This document shows, one piece after another, positions 51,397 through 64,000 of a stretch of DNA of 64,000 bases. The position numbers were made by a program, and so were the translations under genes. The number at the start of each line of letters is the position of its first letter. Within the stretch, counting starts at the first letter, position 1. The notes below the pieces were generated by a model. That model was not told the origin of the DNA. It saw only the letters and a list, made by a program, of their open reading frames with translations, and did not search any database. This stretch comes from Ruditapes philippinarum (Eukaryota). The DNA lies in contig NW_026864453.1 of the NCBI RefSeq assembly GCF_026571515.1, positions 62,001-126,000 of the forward strand. The letters are read 5' to 3'.

Positions 51397-53184
51397 TATA
51401 AGTTAACCAGTTATTGCACTAAAGTGACAATATATATATATATTCCATAATACTTGTCGCTTTATTCACTTGTCATGATAACTTGTTGTTTAAATATTAA
51501 GTGGTGTATATTACCTTTCTATATATAAATACATTGTACTGCAGTGCATAATTTATGTACTAAAAGTTAAAACAACTCTTAAAAGCTCTGTTAAATCCTC
51601 AAAATGTTTTTTTATTTATTTTAGTTGTATAATTTTCATAGCAAATAATACTTGTACAGTATGGAAAAATGATACTTTCAGTTTCATCAGGGCTTTTTTT
51701 TTTCTCTCTCTCTCTTTCTCTCTTTCACTATCAATTGATTATGTTCCTTTTCATGAAGCATGTACATCTTTATACTCTCCTGTAAGACGACCTGTGGTAA
51801 ATGTGAAACACAGCTTTATCGAGAATATTATACAGTGAAGATGGTTATCTGCAGATGAATGTTTATTAGACAATTATTTCCTTTTGTAATATCTGATACA
51901 AATTTTTAAAAAAATAATTTTTTTCTTCCCTTAATCATTAATACAATTTGTATCATGCCATAAGTTAAATTGATTAAATATAATGTTTAAAAATACTGAT
52001 GGGAAGTGGATGAATGTTAACAAGGTGAATTCATAAACAAATGGTGTGATAAATAGGCGAAGAAAAATTTAGATGTGTCATCCCATACAAACCTAAATTA
52101 TACATTAAAGGTTGACTTTTGGTATGACATTATTCATGTATTAAGAATTAGGGGTTTTTGACACAGTCAGACGTAGATCTTTGTATTTTGGTAGGTTTCT
52201 TTTAAGTATTCAAGGGGAAGGTTTTGACAGAATATTATTAAATAATTTGAATGATTTTTGTAGAAAAGTGTAAGAGGGTGATACAACCTTTAAAGTTAAT
52301 AGCAGTCTGTCATAGTTTAAACTTCTGAACTTTTTACAGGAGTCGCCAGTGTTGATAAAAATCAAGGCAATATTTAAATAAATATTTGTTTGCTTGTGTC
52401 AATATTTTTGCAAAAGACCAATTTGATTGTGCTAGATTTTGGACAGATGATTCAAACAGAAGATGATTAGTGATGTAAAAAAAAAACTTTTTAAACTTAA
52501 TAAAAAAAATTTTTTGCATGAAAACCTCCTAATTGCTATTAAATTAAATAACTTGCCAGTATAAAGCCATGCCAGTCTGCCAGATTATGGACTGTACATT
52601 TTATTAAGCAATTTGATATCAAAAATTCCCAAATTAACAATAGATGGCCTCAAATTTAAAGCAAGAGGGCAAATTAGCATTACAATAAATTTATCCAGGG
52701 AAAGGAAACTTTGACTGACATGATATTATTGTCAGTGTTAAACCAGTTTAATCTTGAATCATCCTGTTATAAAACAAAGCTAGGGTAATTACACTTATTA
52801 GCTCACCTCAGCCATTATAATTGTCTTGTACAGATTGTGTTTCTCTTATGAGCTATATATAGGGCTATTTTGGCACTCTGGTTTTTGTAAGATTGTGTTT
52901 CTCTTTTGAGCTATATAGGGCTATTTTGGCACTCTGGTTTTTGTAAAGTTTAAGTTACATGCCACAAAATTAAATAAAATAACTGAGACTTATACTTCCT
53001 TACACTAAGCCCAATGATAGGGAGAGCATTGGGTTTGTAATCAAGGAATCACTCGGGGTTCCTGAGTCCTTGGATGAGGTCAAGTATATCCATGACAATT
53101 GATATGATAAAAACATGTAAAAATTGGCCAAAAAAAACCCATCAAACTAAGGTTAATAAATTTCAAGTTAAAGATTCAGAAATT

Positions 53185-53395
53185 TCAGCTACCATTTAAC
53201 CCTGACTGATCATAAGAGGCGACTGAATGGGTTTGAATTATTGGAGTCTGTGAATCTCTTAGCTTCAACAGGTGAGGTGGTTTTGATTTCAGTTTGTAAC
53301 ATCGAAGGTTAGCCAAAATCATGTTTCCTATTTTGGTACCATGTGACTTAAATTGCGTTTGCGTGCTGTTAAACCAAAGAAACAAACGAATAAAA
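53185..53395 (+). mobile_element. 3' part of a SINE/LINE-like repeat
   Basis: Ends CCATGTGACTTAAATTGCGTTTGCGTGCTGTTAAACCAAAGAAACAAAC, resembling the family B tail. Confidence 0.45.
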
Positions 53396-55023
53396 AGACT
53401 AAAATGTGCCTTTATGATTGTTCCACCTTGAAACTGAGTAAAGTGTATTGAGGTGACAGTGTGAATAAAACTTTATTTATAATAGACAGCCTACATATTA
53501 AAGCTATACATAAAGATATATATTTTGCAACAGCTGTTAAGCAATTGTATACAGGTTAAAAAAAAAAATTATAATAGGTCCAGAAACTTTTAGTTGCATA
53601 CATTATGAGGGCATGTTGACAGTGGCTTTGATAAGGGCAAGATGGAAAGGGGAAACTAAGTTAAACTAAATATGAAGGCATGTTGACAGTGGCTTTTAAA
53701 GGTATAAAAGCTAATAATTTTATTGTGCCTCAGTCTTTGAAAGAAAGATTGTACAATGGTGGAGAATTGCACATACAATTTATGCCCCTATTGTCAAGGC
53801 AAAGGTCACAAGTAGAGGTCAAAGGTCAGATAACTATAATAAATCGATATTTAGCATTTTAAATCTTCATTCATTGAGAGATTCTTTCACAATTGTTCAA
53901 CATCATGAGAATGAGTGTTATAAGTATAATCCATGTTCATATTTGCAATGCAAGGTCACGGTCATCAGAAAAGAATGAAATATAAGAGTTTGTCTGGAAC
54001 ATAACTTCCACATGCATGAAAGAATTATAGCCATTTATTGGTACAAATGTGCACTTTTCATGAAACTTAAGTGTCGTACAAATGAACTAGGTTAAGGTCA
54101 AGGTCACAGTGATGTAGAGGTCAGAGGAAACAGTTTCTGTTACAAAACTTTGACATGCATTGGAAGACTTCAATATTATGCCTGGCACCAATGTTCATGA
54201 TGATTTAGATTATAATGGGAAGTGCTCTTGCAATTTTAGGTCTCTGAGGCTTCAAAGATTTTTAGATAAAAAAAATCAAAACCATTGAACAGTATAGAAC
54301 TAAGGTCATGAGATGGTTGAGTTGGCTTGATACTAAAGGCAAAGGCCTAGAACTTTTGGTTCTACGAGGTTCAGGGTTAAAACGTATGTGTCTGTTCTAT
54401 ATTGCCAACGAGCACTAGGTTTTTACTAAAATTCTTAAAAAAATAAATTGCAATATTCAGCAGGAATGCTGGCAGCTGTTAACACATGTGTTAAAATGTT
54501 TGTTACATAACAATCTTTCTCACAGTATTATGAAGAATGAGAAAAAAATATGTTACAATAATGTGTAATCTTTTCTCATACACACTTCTGAAGGGCCTTA
54601 ATTAATATTTTATTTTAAAAAAATCAATAATCATTGTTGATCATTCCTGAACAATAATACATTTAGAAGACACCTGAGGTCTAGTTCTAAAACTGCTGAA
54701 GGTGCGAAATCGCTATGTGCAGGTGTGACCTAAAATTTATGATAAATTCATAAATAATAAAAAGACAAGAGCTGCCAGTATTAACTTGAGTAAGACGGTC
54801 TGGTGCGTTCAACTAATCTCAGTTCAGTAAGAAAAGGGGTGTAACTTTGTAAAAAAATGTAACTCTGAATTATGGGACCTGAGCAACTACAAAGAACATT
54901 AATTTTAGTAAGTCAGTAAGACAAACTTTATTTATAGTCATTTATGGTTAACCCATTACTTCAAAGAACATAAATTTTAGTAAGTCAGTAAGACAAACTT
55001 TATTTATAGTCATTTATGGTTAA

Positions 55024-55635
55024 CCCATTACTTCATGAGCATTTTGTGAAAAATGGCTATTTTCATTGAAAAATATCCCGTTAAATTTTCAAATTGCTAT
55101 AAAACTATAAAAACTGCTTCAATACTAATCAAACTTGGCAAAAGTGTTGACTGGACCATTGCCTTTGCAACACAATGCTCAGGCTTAAATTTCCTGTTAC
55201 CATAGCAATGAGGGGACATCGCAAAATTGCCAAAAATCACTTTTTTGTGTTGATTTTTTCCATCAAAATTGATTTCAAAGTGCTGCAACTTCTCAATGGA
55301 TTGAGATAGAGTCAAATGTTTTTCAGCGTTGGTTACACATTACCTTATAATTGATCTGGGGTCATTTTTAGCCTCTCATAAGTCCAAAATTTTTTTGGCG
55401 ATGAGGGGGACTTTGCCCCCCTTCAACCCCCCCTCCAAACAGAAGGGGGCAGATCCCCTTTCTGGCAACCCCCTGATGTATCTTTTGGTTGGGTCCGCGC
55501 CGAAAAAGTGGTTACTTTTTTAAACAACAATTCTTAAACAAAAATAAGTGTTTGGGCCTAAATAAGGCATTTTTTCACCATTTAAGACACCTACAAGAGG
55601 GAGGGGGTGAAATGGCGTATATATCGCGTAATGGG
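55024..55635. mobile_element. piggyBac-like MITE
   Basis: TTAA|CCCATTAC ... GTAATGGG|TTAA; left junction duplicated as a 72-bp tandem at about 54891-55033. Confidence 0.65.
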
Positions 55636-56834
55636 TTAACAGCTTTAAGTTTGTATTGATCTGATATGAATAAAAAATAAAATAATAAGAAACAAAAATA
55701 AGAAAACAACTGTTACCATGATAATTACTACATAGAAATAATTGGTAATGAAGTCGGGGGGCATTTAAACAAATTTAAACAAGTGTGTGAAGGCTTGCAA
55801 AAATTTAACTAAAGTTTGATTCAGACCACGACACATGGGTAATTGACTAATTGCAGTAATACTGTAAGTTTTATTCTCCTTATTCTCTGAATAGTGCTTA
55901 AAATGAGGGAAGTTCATCTCTACTGTGTTTACTGCTAATTCTTCTGTACATAATGAAACCTGTGGAGGAATTAGATACCTATACATAAAGGCTTGGTGTG
56001 AAAGTGTTGAAACCTCATACTGTTAATATGTGTCATATGAGTGGCCGCTCTTTTCCACCAAACCTTTATGTATATTGGTATTAGTGTGTGTGCTTTGTAT
56101 GAAAATCAATGGAAGGTTCATCATAACCTATTTGGAATAAACGGACCACACTTTGTTTTTGTTGAGAAATTGAACATGTCCTTGGCGTGACCTCTTGTCA
56201 GTCTATGGCCCAGTGGTTTAGGTTGTTGAATTTGTACCCCTTACCTCTCAATAGTTGTAGGTTCAAATCCTTCTGCCTTCTTTCGTGTTAGGAAGCTTAG
56301 ACTAGCATCATTATGGAGCAAAGGTGGGCCGTGGTTCTATGTAATGCACACCCAAGTCAGAGGGACACCCACAGTCTGTGCTCACAGGAAAGTTGCCATA
56401 TGACCTTTTAAAAGTGTCAGTGTAAACTGAAAAGGACTGTAATTTTAATTATTAGATAATAAAAAATACTGGGGCAGATTTTTTAAGAACAAGAACAACC
56501 TGTTTGAATAAGTGGAACAAATTTTTTAAGTTCAAATGAATAGTGGCATGTTTATGATACTTTAATACAGTTCTCAACAGTTTATTATTGTCACATGTCA
56601 TTTTAATTAAGTGACTTCATTATTATAGAAGTTTTGCCTATCTTAACAGCTGCTATATACATGCTGTCTGATAATATAAAGCAGACACCGATGTTACAAT
56701 ATTATGTTGTGATGGTACAATTTTTTTTATAAAAAACAGGAATTGAATGAACCCTGGCTATATCTGATGAAATATTTTTATAAAAAATTTAAAATCAATA
56801 AGATTATGGTATAGCGTAATTTTATGGTCGTTTT

Positions 56835-59227
56835 TTTAGCTCACCTGAGCATATGCTCAGGGTGAGCTATTAGGATCACTCTTCGTCCGTCGTCCGGTGT
56901 CCGTCGTACGTCGTCCGTTGTCCGTTCACACTTTTCAAACGACATCTCCTCTGAAACCATAAGGCAGATCATAATGAAACTTCACAGGGATGTTCCTTGT
57001 GTGAAGCCTTAACAAAGTTGTTCAAAGAATTCCATTCCATGCAGAACTCTGGTTGCCATGGCAACCAAAAGAAAAAACTTTAAACATCTTCTTCTAGAAA
57101 ACCCAAAGGGCTAGAGCTTAGATATTTGGTATGAAACATCTTCTAGTGAGTGTCTAACAAGATTGTTCAAATAAAAGCCCTGGGGTCAAAATTGGCCCCG
57201 CCCCAGGGGGGTCATTGATTTTCCCTATATGCATATAGTAAAAACTTAAAAAAATCTTCTTTTAAAGAACCCAAAGAGCTAGACCTAAGATATTAAGCAT
57301 GAAACATCTTCTAATGAGTGTCTACCAAGATTGTTCAAATAAAAGCCCTAGGGTCAAAATTGGCCCCGCCCCAGGGGGTCATTGATTTTCCTTATATGCA
57401 TATAGTAAAAACTTAAAAAAATCATCTTCTAAAAAACCCAAAGAGCTAGAGCTTAGATATTTGGCATTAAACATGTTCTAATGGATGTCTACCAAGTTTG
57501 TTCAAATAAAAGCCCTGGGTCAAAATTGGCCCCGCCCCAGGGGGTCATTGATTTTCCCTATATGCATATAGTAAAAACTTAAAAAAAATCTTCTTTTAAA
57601 GAATCCAAAGAGCTAGACCTAAGATATTAAGCATGAAACATCTTCTAATAAGTGTCTACAAGATTGTTCAAATAAAAGCCCTAGGGTCAAAATTGGCCCC
57701 GCCCCAGGGGGGTCATTGATTTTCCCTATATGCATATAGTAAAAACTTAAAAATATCTTCTTTTAAAGAACCCAAAGAGCTAGACCTAAGATATTAAGCA
57801 TGAAACATCTTCTAATGAGTGTCTACCAAGATTGTTCAAATAAAAGCCCTGGGGTCAAAATTAGCCCCGCCCCAGGGGGTCATTGATTTTCCTTATATGC
57901 ATATAGTAAAAACTTTAAAAAATCATCTTCTAAAAAACCCAAAGAGCTAGAGCTTAGATATTTGGCATTAAACATGTTCTAATGGATGTCTACCAAGTTT
58001 GTTCAAATAAAAGGCCTGGGGTCCAAATTGGCCCCGCCCCAGGGGGTCATTGATTTTCCCTATATGCATATAGTAAAAAGTTAAAAAAATCTTCTTTTAA
58101 AGAACCAAAAGAGCTAGACCTAAGATATTAAGCATGAAACATCTTCTAATAAGTGTCTACCAAGATTGTTCAAATAAAAGCCCTGGGGTCAAAATTGGCC
58201 CCGCCCCAGGGGGTCATTGATTTTTCCTATATGCATATAGTAAAAACTTTAAAAAATCTTCTTTTAAAGAACCCAAAGAGCTAGACCTAAGATATTAAGC
58301 ATAAAACATCTTCTAATAAGTGTCTACCAAGATTGTTCAAATAAAAGCCCTGGGGTCAAAATTGGCCCCGCCCCAGGGGGTCATTGATTTTCCCTATATG
58401 CATATAGTAAAAACTTAAAAAAATCTTCTTCTAAAAAACCCAAAGAGCGAGAGCTTAGATATTTGGCGTAAAACATGTTCTTATGGATGTCTACCAAGTT
58501 TGTTCAAATAAAAGCCCTTGGGGTCAAAATTGGCCCTGTCCCAGGGTTTATTGATTTTCCCTATATGCATATAGTAAAAACTTAAAAAAAATCTTCTCTT
58601 AAAGAAACCCAAAGAGCTAGAGCTAAGATATTAAGCATGAAACATCTTCTTATCAGTGTCTACCAAGTTTGTTCAAATAAAAGCCCTGGGGTCAAAATTG
58701 GCCCGCCCCAGGGGTCATTGATTTTCCCTATATGCATATAGTAAAAACTTTAAAAAAATTCTTTTAAAGAACCCAAAGAGCTAGACCTAAGATATTTAGC
58801 ATGAAACATGTTCTAATGGGTGTCTACCAAATTTGTTCAAATAAAAGCCCTGGGGTCAAAATTGGCCCTGTCCCAGGGGTTATTGATTTTCCCTATATAC
58901 ATAGAGTAAAAAGTTAAAAATCTTCTATTAAAGAACCAAAAGAGCTAGAGCTAAAATATTTAGCATGAAACATGTTCTAATGGATGTTTACCAAGTTTGT
59001 TCAAATAAAAGCCCTTGGGTCAAAAATGGCCCTGCCAGGGAGAGGGGGGGGGGGCAAAAGTCATTGTTATTCATTATTTGTGTATAGTAAAAACTTAACA
59101 TCATGAAATATCTTCTAATGGGTGTCTTCCAAGTTTGTTGAAATAAATGCCCTTTGGTTTAAACTGGCCCCGCCCTGGGGGCCTATGTTCAGGTGAGCGA
59201 CCCCAGGGCCATCATGGCCCTCTTGTT
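56835..59227 (+). mobile_element. Complete Helentron/HINE-type element with about 12 satellite monomers of about 167 bp
   Basis: 5' TTTAGCTCACCTGAGCATATGCTCAGGGTGAGCTA plus (CGTC)n microsatellite; 3' TCAGGTGAGCGA...AGGGCCATCATGGCCCTCTTGTT hairpin; tandem core with GGGGTCAAAATTGGCCCCGCCCCAGGGG. Confidence 0.9.
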
Positions 59228-59825
59228 TTTCTTCAGTTTCTCGACTTAAATCTTTTAACCGCAAGATGTCGACATTCATTTCTTTAAATTGCAATTTTGA
59301 CATTATTGTATAATGATTTAAAAAGTTTCCATCACTTTTGAATGAACGGGGGAATCTCACATGTATGCCTTTCCCTTTTAATTTAATTATGTGGCCTTAT
59401 ATGTATGATACATATGTCGCAGTCATTTTGGCATATGTTAACTATGATGAATCAGGTTTTATTTACATGATTATTTGACATAGAATATGATTTGTAGAGC
59501 AGTGTTAAACAATCAATATATATGTATATTTGTTGACATAGATTATACCATTTTTGTATGACATTATGTTACATAGTTGTTTAACATTACAGTAAATTTC
59601 TTATTAGGTTATCAGTTTACATTATGTATTGGGATGTGTAAACATTTACTTGATTTATTTGCATGACATTGTAACATAGACATGATTTGACAAAGAAAAC
59701 CTGCTTAACAAAGAAAACCTGTTTAACCTAGATTACAGGTTGGCATTGATGTTTACTATTTACATGGCATTGTTGACTCATGGTGATATCGCCCAATAAA
59801 TTTTTTGACATAGATGTCACAATAC

Positions 59826-60125
59826 TATTTACTTGGCATTATAAATTTCCTGACATAGATTACCAATTTACATGGCATTATAAATTTCCTGACATAGATT
59901 ACCAATTTACATGGCATTATAAATTTCCTGACATAAATTACCAATTTACTTGGCATTATCAATTTCCTGACAAAAATTACCAATTTACATGGCATTATAA
60001 ATTTCCTGACATAAATTACCAATTTACATGGCATTATAAATTTCCTGACATAAATTACCAATTTACATGGCATTTTAAATTTCCTGACATAAATTACCAA
60101 TTTACATGGCATTATAAATTTCTTG
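59826..60125. repeat. 39-bp minisatellite, about 7.5 copies
   Basis: Unit ATTTACATGGCATTATAAATTTCCTGACATAAATTACCA with decayed flanking copies. Confidence 0.95.
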
Positions 60126-61545
60126 ATGAGTACTATAATTTCATGTATTTACATGGAATAATTTCTTGACGGAGTTCTTCATGTATTTACATGGAACAAT
60201 TTCTTGACAGAGTACTTCATGTATTTACATGGCATTATTACTGGCAAATATATATCCGGGCACAGAGCTGATTTGATTTACATGACATTAATAACTACTG
60301 ACTGGTCATTTTTTACAATTCAATGGAGATAATTCTTTACAAATATTACATTATTTATAGACAACATTTAATGTGCCATGTATATCATTAGATTTGACAT
60401 GGTAACATGACATTTTGCTCATTTCACTTCCATTCATAAAATCATACTTCCATAGATTTTCTACTTGTCTGAAATTGATGAAGTATTGTTAAATTACTTA
60501 TATACATTCTTAACTAAATATATATAGTCATTAACAGTTCTGTGAAAATACATTTTTCTGAGAATTAAATGGAAGAAAATCTGTTTTATAAAGAACTGTC
60601 ATGATTTTACTTCAAATTAATGGCGGATAAAAGAGAAACTGTTGTAACAGATAGAAAAATGTAACGTTTGTTATGTAAGATGTGACAAGTACGAGACATG
60701 GACTTAAATTGCATTGATTTCGAACAGAAGACGGTTGTAGAGAATCGGAGAAGAACGCGAAAGCTAAGCTATCTTAGGAGGCAGCGTGTTCCGATCAATA
60801 CATTGACGAACTGTTAACAGAAACCTTACAAAAAAAAAAAACAGATTTTTTTTCCCCACTTATAAACCATGGCAAACAAACTGTTATAATTTAAATAGCG
60901 AAATTCTGGTTTGGCTTCTTTTTGCAAGTTTAATTCACAATGAATTATGTTTTCTTGTTGATATATTTTATTATGTAACATGGCTTGGGTATTGAAAATT
61001 ATGGGAATTAAAGATTTTAAGTTCGGGAAAAATGGGGCTTTTTTTCCAATGAATGTGGTTTAGAGACAAAAATAACTCAAATATTGTGAATATATTAGAG
61101 TAAAAATGGTATTGTTAGACCTGTTCAAAGTTATGCCCTTTATGACATTAGTTGCTTGAATTACCCTACCTAGCACTGTGAAAAAGAATAAAGTTATTGT
61201 CTGGGGACAGGTCTTGTTTCAATTTGAAAACAGACCCAATGGTAGCTATTTCAAAATGGGCAAAAAAGAAAGGTATTATTTGATATTGGATTGTATAACA
61301 ATGAATATAAAAATTTGGTTTTGATTCATATTATATTACATATAACATTATATTGTTTTGGAATAAGTGGTGTCATATTACACTATAATGTCAAATTAAG
61401 TAAGCAATTGCACCGAAACTTTCGATGGTTGTTTGAATTTCACTTCCTTGTTTTTAAGTTTTATCAGTTTATTTATTTGCTTTAAAATGTTTTAAGATAT
61501 AGTGTTGGTGAAAAAATGATCTCCTGACTTGTTACATCTTCATAA

Positions 61546-62120
<575 letters not shown>

Positions 62121-62453
62121 GATTCATTCTAACCATCAGAGATATAGTTTCAACCAGCTTGCCCACTCATGCCAATTCTGCATCTGGGTAATATTTCCTC
62201 CATCAGTCAAGTGGCCATATGACCTTTACAGTAACTGTGTGATTTAAAACCCCAACAAAACATAATCTAAGAATACTAATTATGTAAATGACTTGTCAAT
62301 GATATAACAACAGAACTAGGCCAGCTCCCATGATAATTTCTGACTAGACTGTTGCTTGTTTTATTTATTGAAGTCTCTTCAGACAACATTGGACAATTTC
62401 ATAATAGACAGATAAGCAGGGTCCATGTTTATTCTGTAAGCTATGCATCAGAT

Positions 62454-62646
62454 GAGCAGTGGCCTAGTGGTTAAGGTGTCTGCCTCTCAATCCGAGGATC
62501 ATGGGTTCAAGACCTGATAGGGTCACAACCATGTTTCTTCATATGACACCAGTTCTGGTTGGTTCCAGGAAGTGGACTCAAAAGTGATTAATATAAGTTG
62601 CAAGAACTTGATTAGCAATACAGCTCAAATAAAATTTGTTTAAACC
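62454..62646 (+). mobile_element. SINE family A, third copy
   Basis: GAGCAGTGGCCTAGTGGTTAAGG...CATATGACACCAGTTCTGGTTGGTTCCAGGAAGTGGACTC. Confidence 0.88.
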
Positions 62647-63009
62647 AATGCATCGGGTGAAAGGTTTGAATCTTGTAGTTAAAATTCAACAATTTCAGGG
62701 GAAGACCGCCATTATAACTCAGGAAAATACTTTGTTGCATTTTAAAACCACTTTGTTTCTAAAACTAATGAACTAAAATGAATGCTGTATTATTCAACAT
62801 TTCTCCCACACAGTGAGGATGACTAACTGACTTCAGGCAGGAGGTAATATTATATAACACAGCTGGCTGTTAATAAAAAAAAATCTCACTTTAAATATGC
62901 ATTGTGTAACACAAAAACTACAACATAACTTTAAAATATAAAAGAAAAAAAGTCAAGTTTGAACACTAGTACAGGTTTAACTGAAAAATACCTTGATGCA
63001 ATGGTTTAA

Positions 63010-64000
63010 CGGAGAAAGGTTTGACTAAGTCTGGTCTAAACAGACAGGTTTGACTAAGTCTACTCTTAACAGAACAGTTTCACTTGACCGGTCTTTACAG
63101 ACAGATTTGACTAGGTTTGGTCTTAACAGACAGATTAACTAAGTCTAGTCTTTACAAACAGGTTTGACTTAGTCTGGGATATAAAGACAGGTTAAATTAG
63201 ATTGGTCGTTAAAGGCATGAAATTGACGGAGACTGCATTGTACTTATAGATTTTTGTTTAAATTAGATGGTCGTTTATTAGATAGTTTAAACAGATTGGT
63301 TTCTTTAAAGGAAGGTTTCACTAAGACTCCGGTCTTTACAGAAAGGTTTGACAATAATTAAAGACTGTTCCTTACAGAAAGGTTTCACTGAAACTGTTCC
63401 TTACAGAAATGTTTGATTTTGACTGTTCCTTACAGAAAGGTTTCACTGAAACTGTTCCTTACAGAAGGTTTGATTTTGACTGGTCCTTACAGAAAGGTTT
63501 AACTGAGAATGGTCTCTACAGAAAGGTTTTACTGAAACTGGTTCTTACAGAAAGGTTTGACTGAAATTGGTCCTCACAGAAAGGTTCAACTGAGATGGGT
63601 CTCTTCATAAAGGTTCAACTGAGAATGGTCTATACAGAAAGGTTTTACTGAGACTTGTCCTTATAGAAAGGTTTCAATGAAACTGGTCTCTACAGAAAGG
63701 TTTTACTGAGACTGGTTTTTACAGAAAGGTTTCACTGAGACTGTTCCTTATAGAAAGTTTTCACTGAGACTGGTCTTTACAGAAAGGTTTTACTGAGACT
63801 GGTCTTTAGAAAAAGGTTTCACTGACACTGGTCATTACAGAAAGGTTTCACTGAAACTGGTCTTTACAGAAAGGTGAACTGAGACTTGGCTTTACAGAAA
63901 GGTTTCAATGAGACTGTTCTTTACAGAAAAATTTCACTGAGACTGGTCTTTACAGAAAGGTTTTACTGTCTGGTTTTTACAGAAAGGTTTAACTGAGATT
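63010..64000. repeat. 29-bp minisatellite running off the window end
   Basis: Unit ACAGAAAGGTTTCACTGAGACTGGTCTTT; period 63721 to 63750; increasingly decayed toward 63010. Confidence 0.92.

Noticed and set aside
59780-60169. ORFs on both strands with 13-aa repeats (FTWHYKFPDINYQ / MPCKLVIYVRKFI)
   Set aside because: By-product of a 39-bp minisatellite that lacks stops in those frames; intronic, no splice or start support

Overview
AT-rich, intron- and repeat-rich animal genomic DNA. The repeat families (Helentron/HINE-type satellite carriers, tRNA-derived SINEs, palindromic MITEs, a CR1/L2 LINE) look molluscan, probably a bivalve; this is inference from repeat style only. Two divergently oriented genes are supported. 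(1) A + strand class III ubiquitin-conjugating enzyme (UBE2E) with coding exons 31996-32144, 39135-39185 and 61575-61707, continuing beyond the window. Its first coding intron uses a non-canonical GC donor and the next intron is 22.4 kb. (2) A - strand gene of unrecognised family with a giant 1836-nt phase-1/phase-1 exon (2855-4690) encoding an acidic Ser/Thr-rich, probably disordered region with a cluster of phospho-FFAT-like motifs. It is followed by a 61-nt exon (967-1027) and preceded by candidate splicing features: a 3-nt microexon, an AG|GT recursive-type site and an alternative ATG first exon. The rest is a mosaic of nested non-autonomous DNA transposons, SINEs, a degraded LINE and minisatellites, with one 163-nt assembly gap. 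No prokaryote-type systems (CRISPR, operons) are present. Repeat boundaries were read by eye and are approximate; splice junction coordinates were counted exactly.
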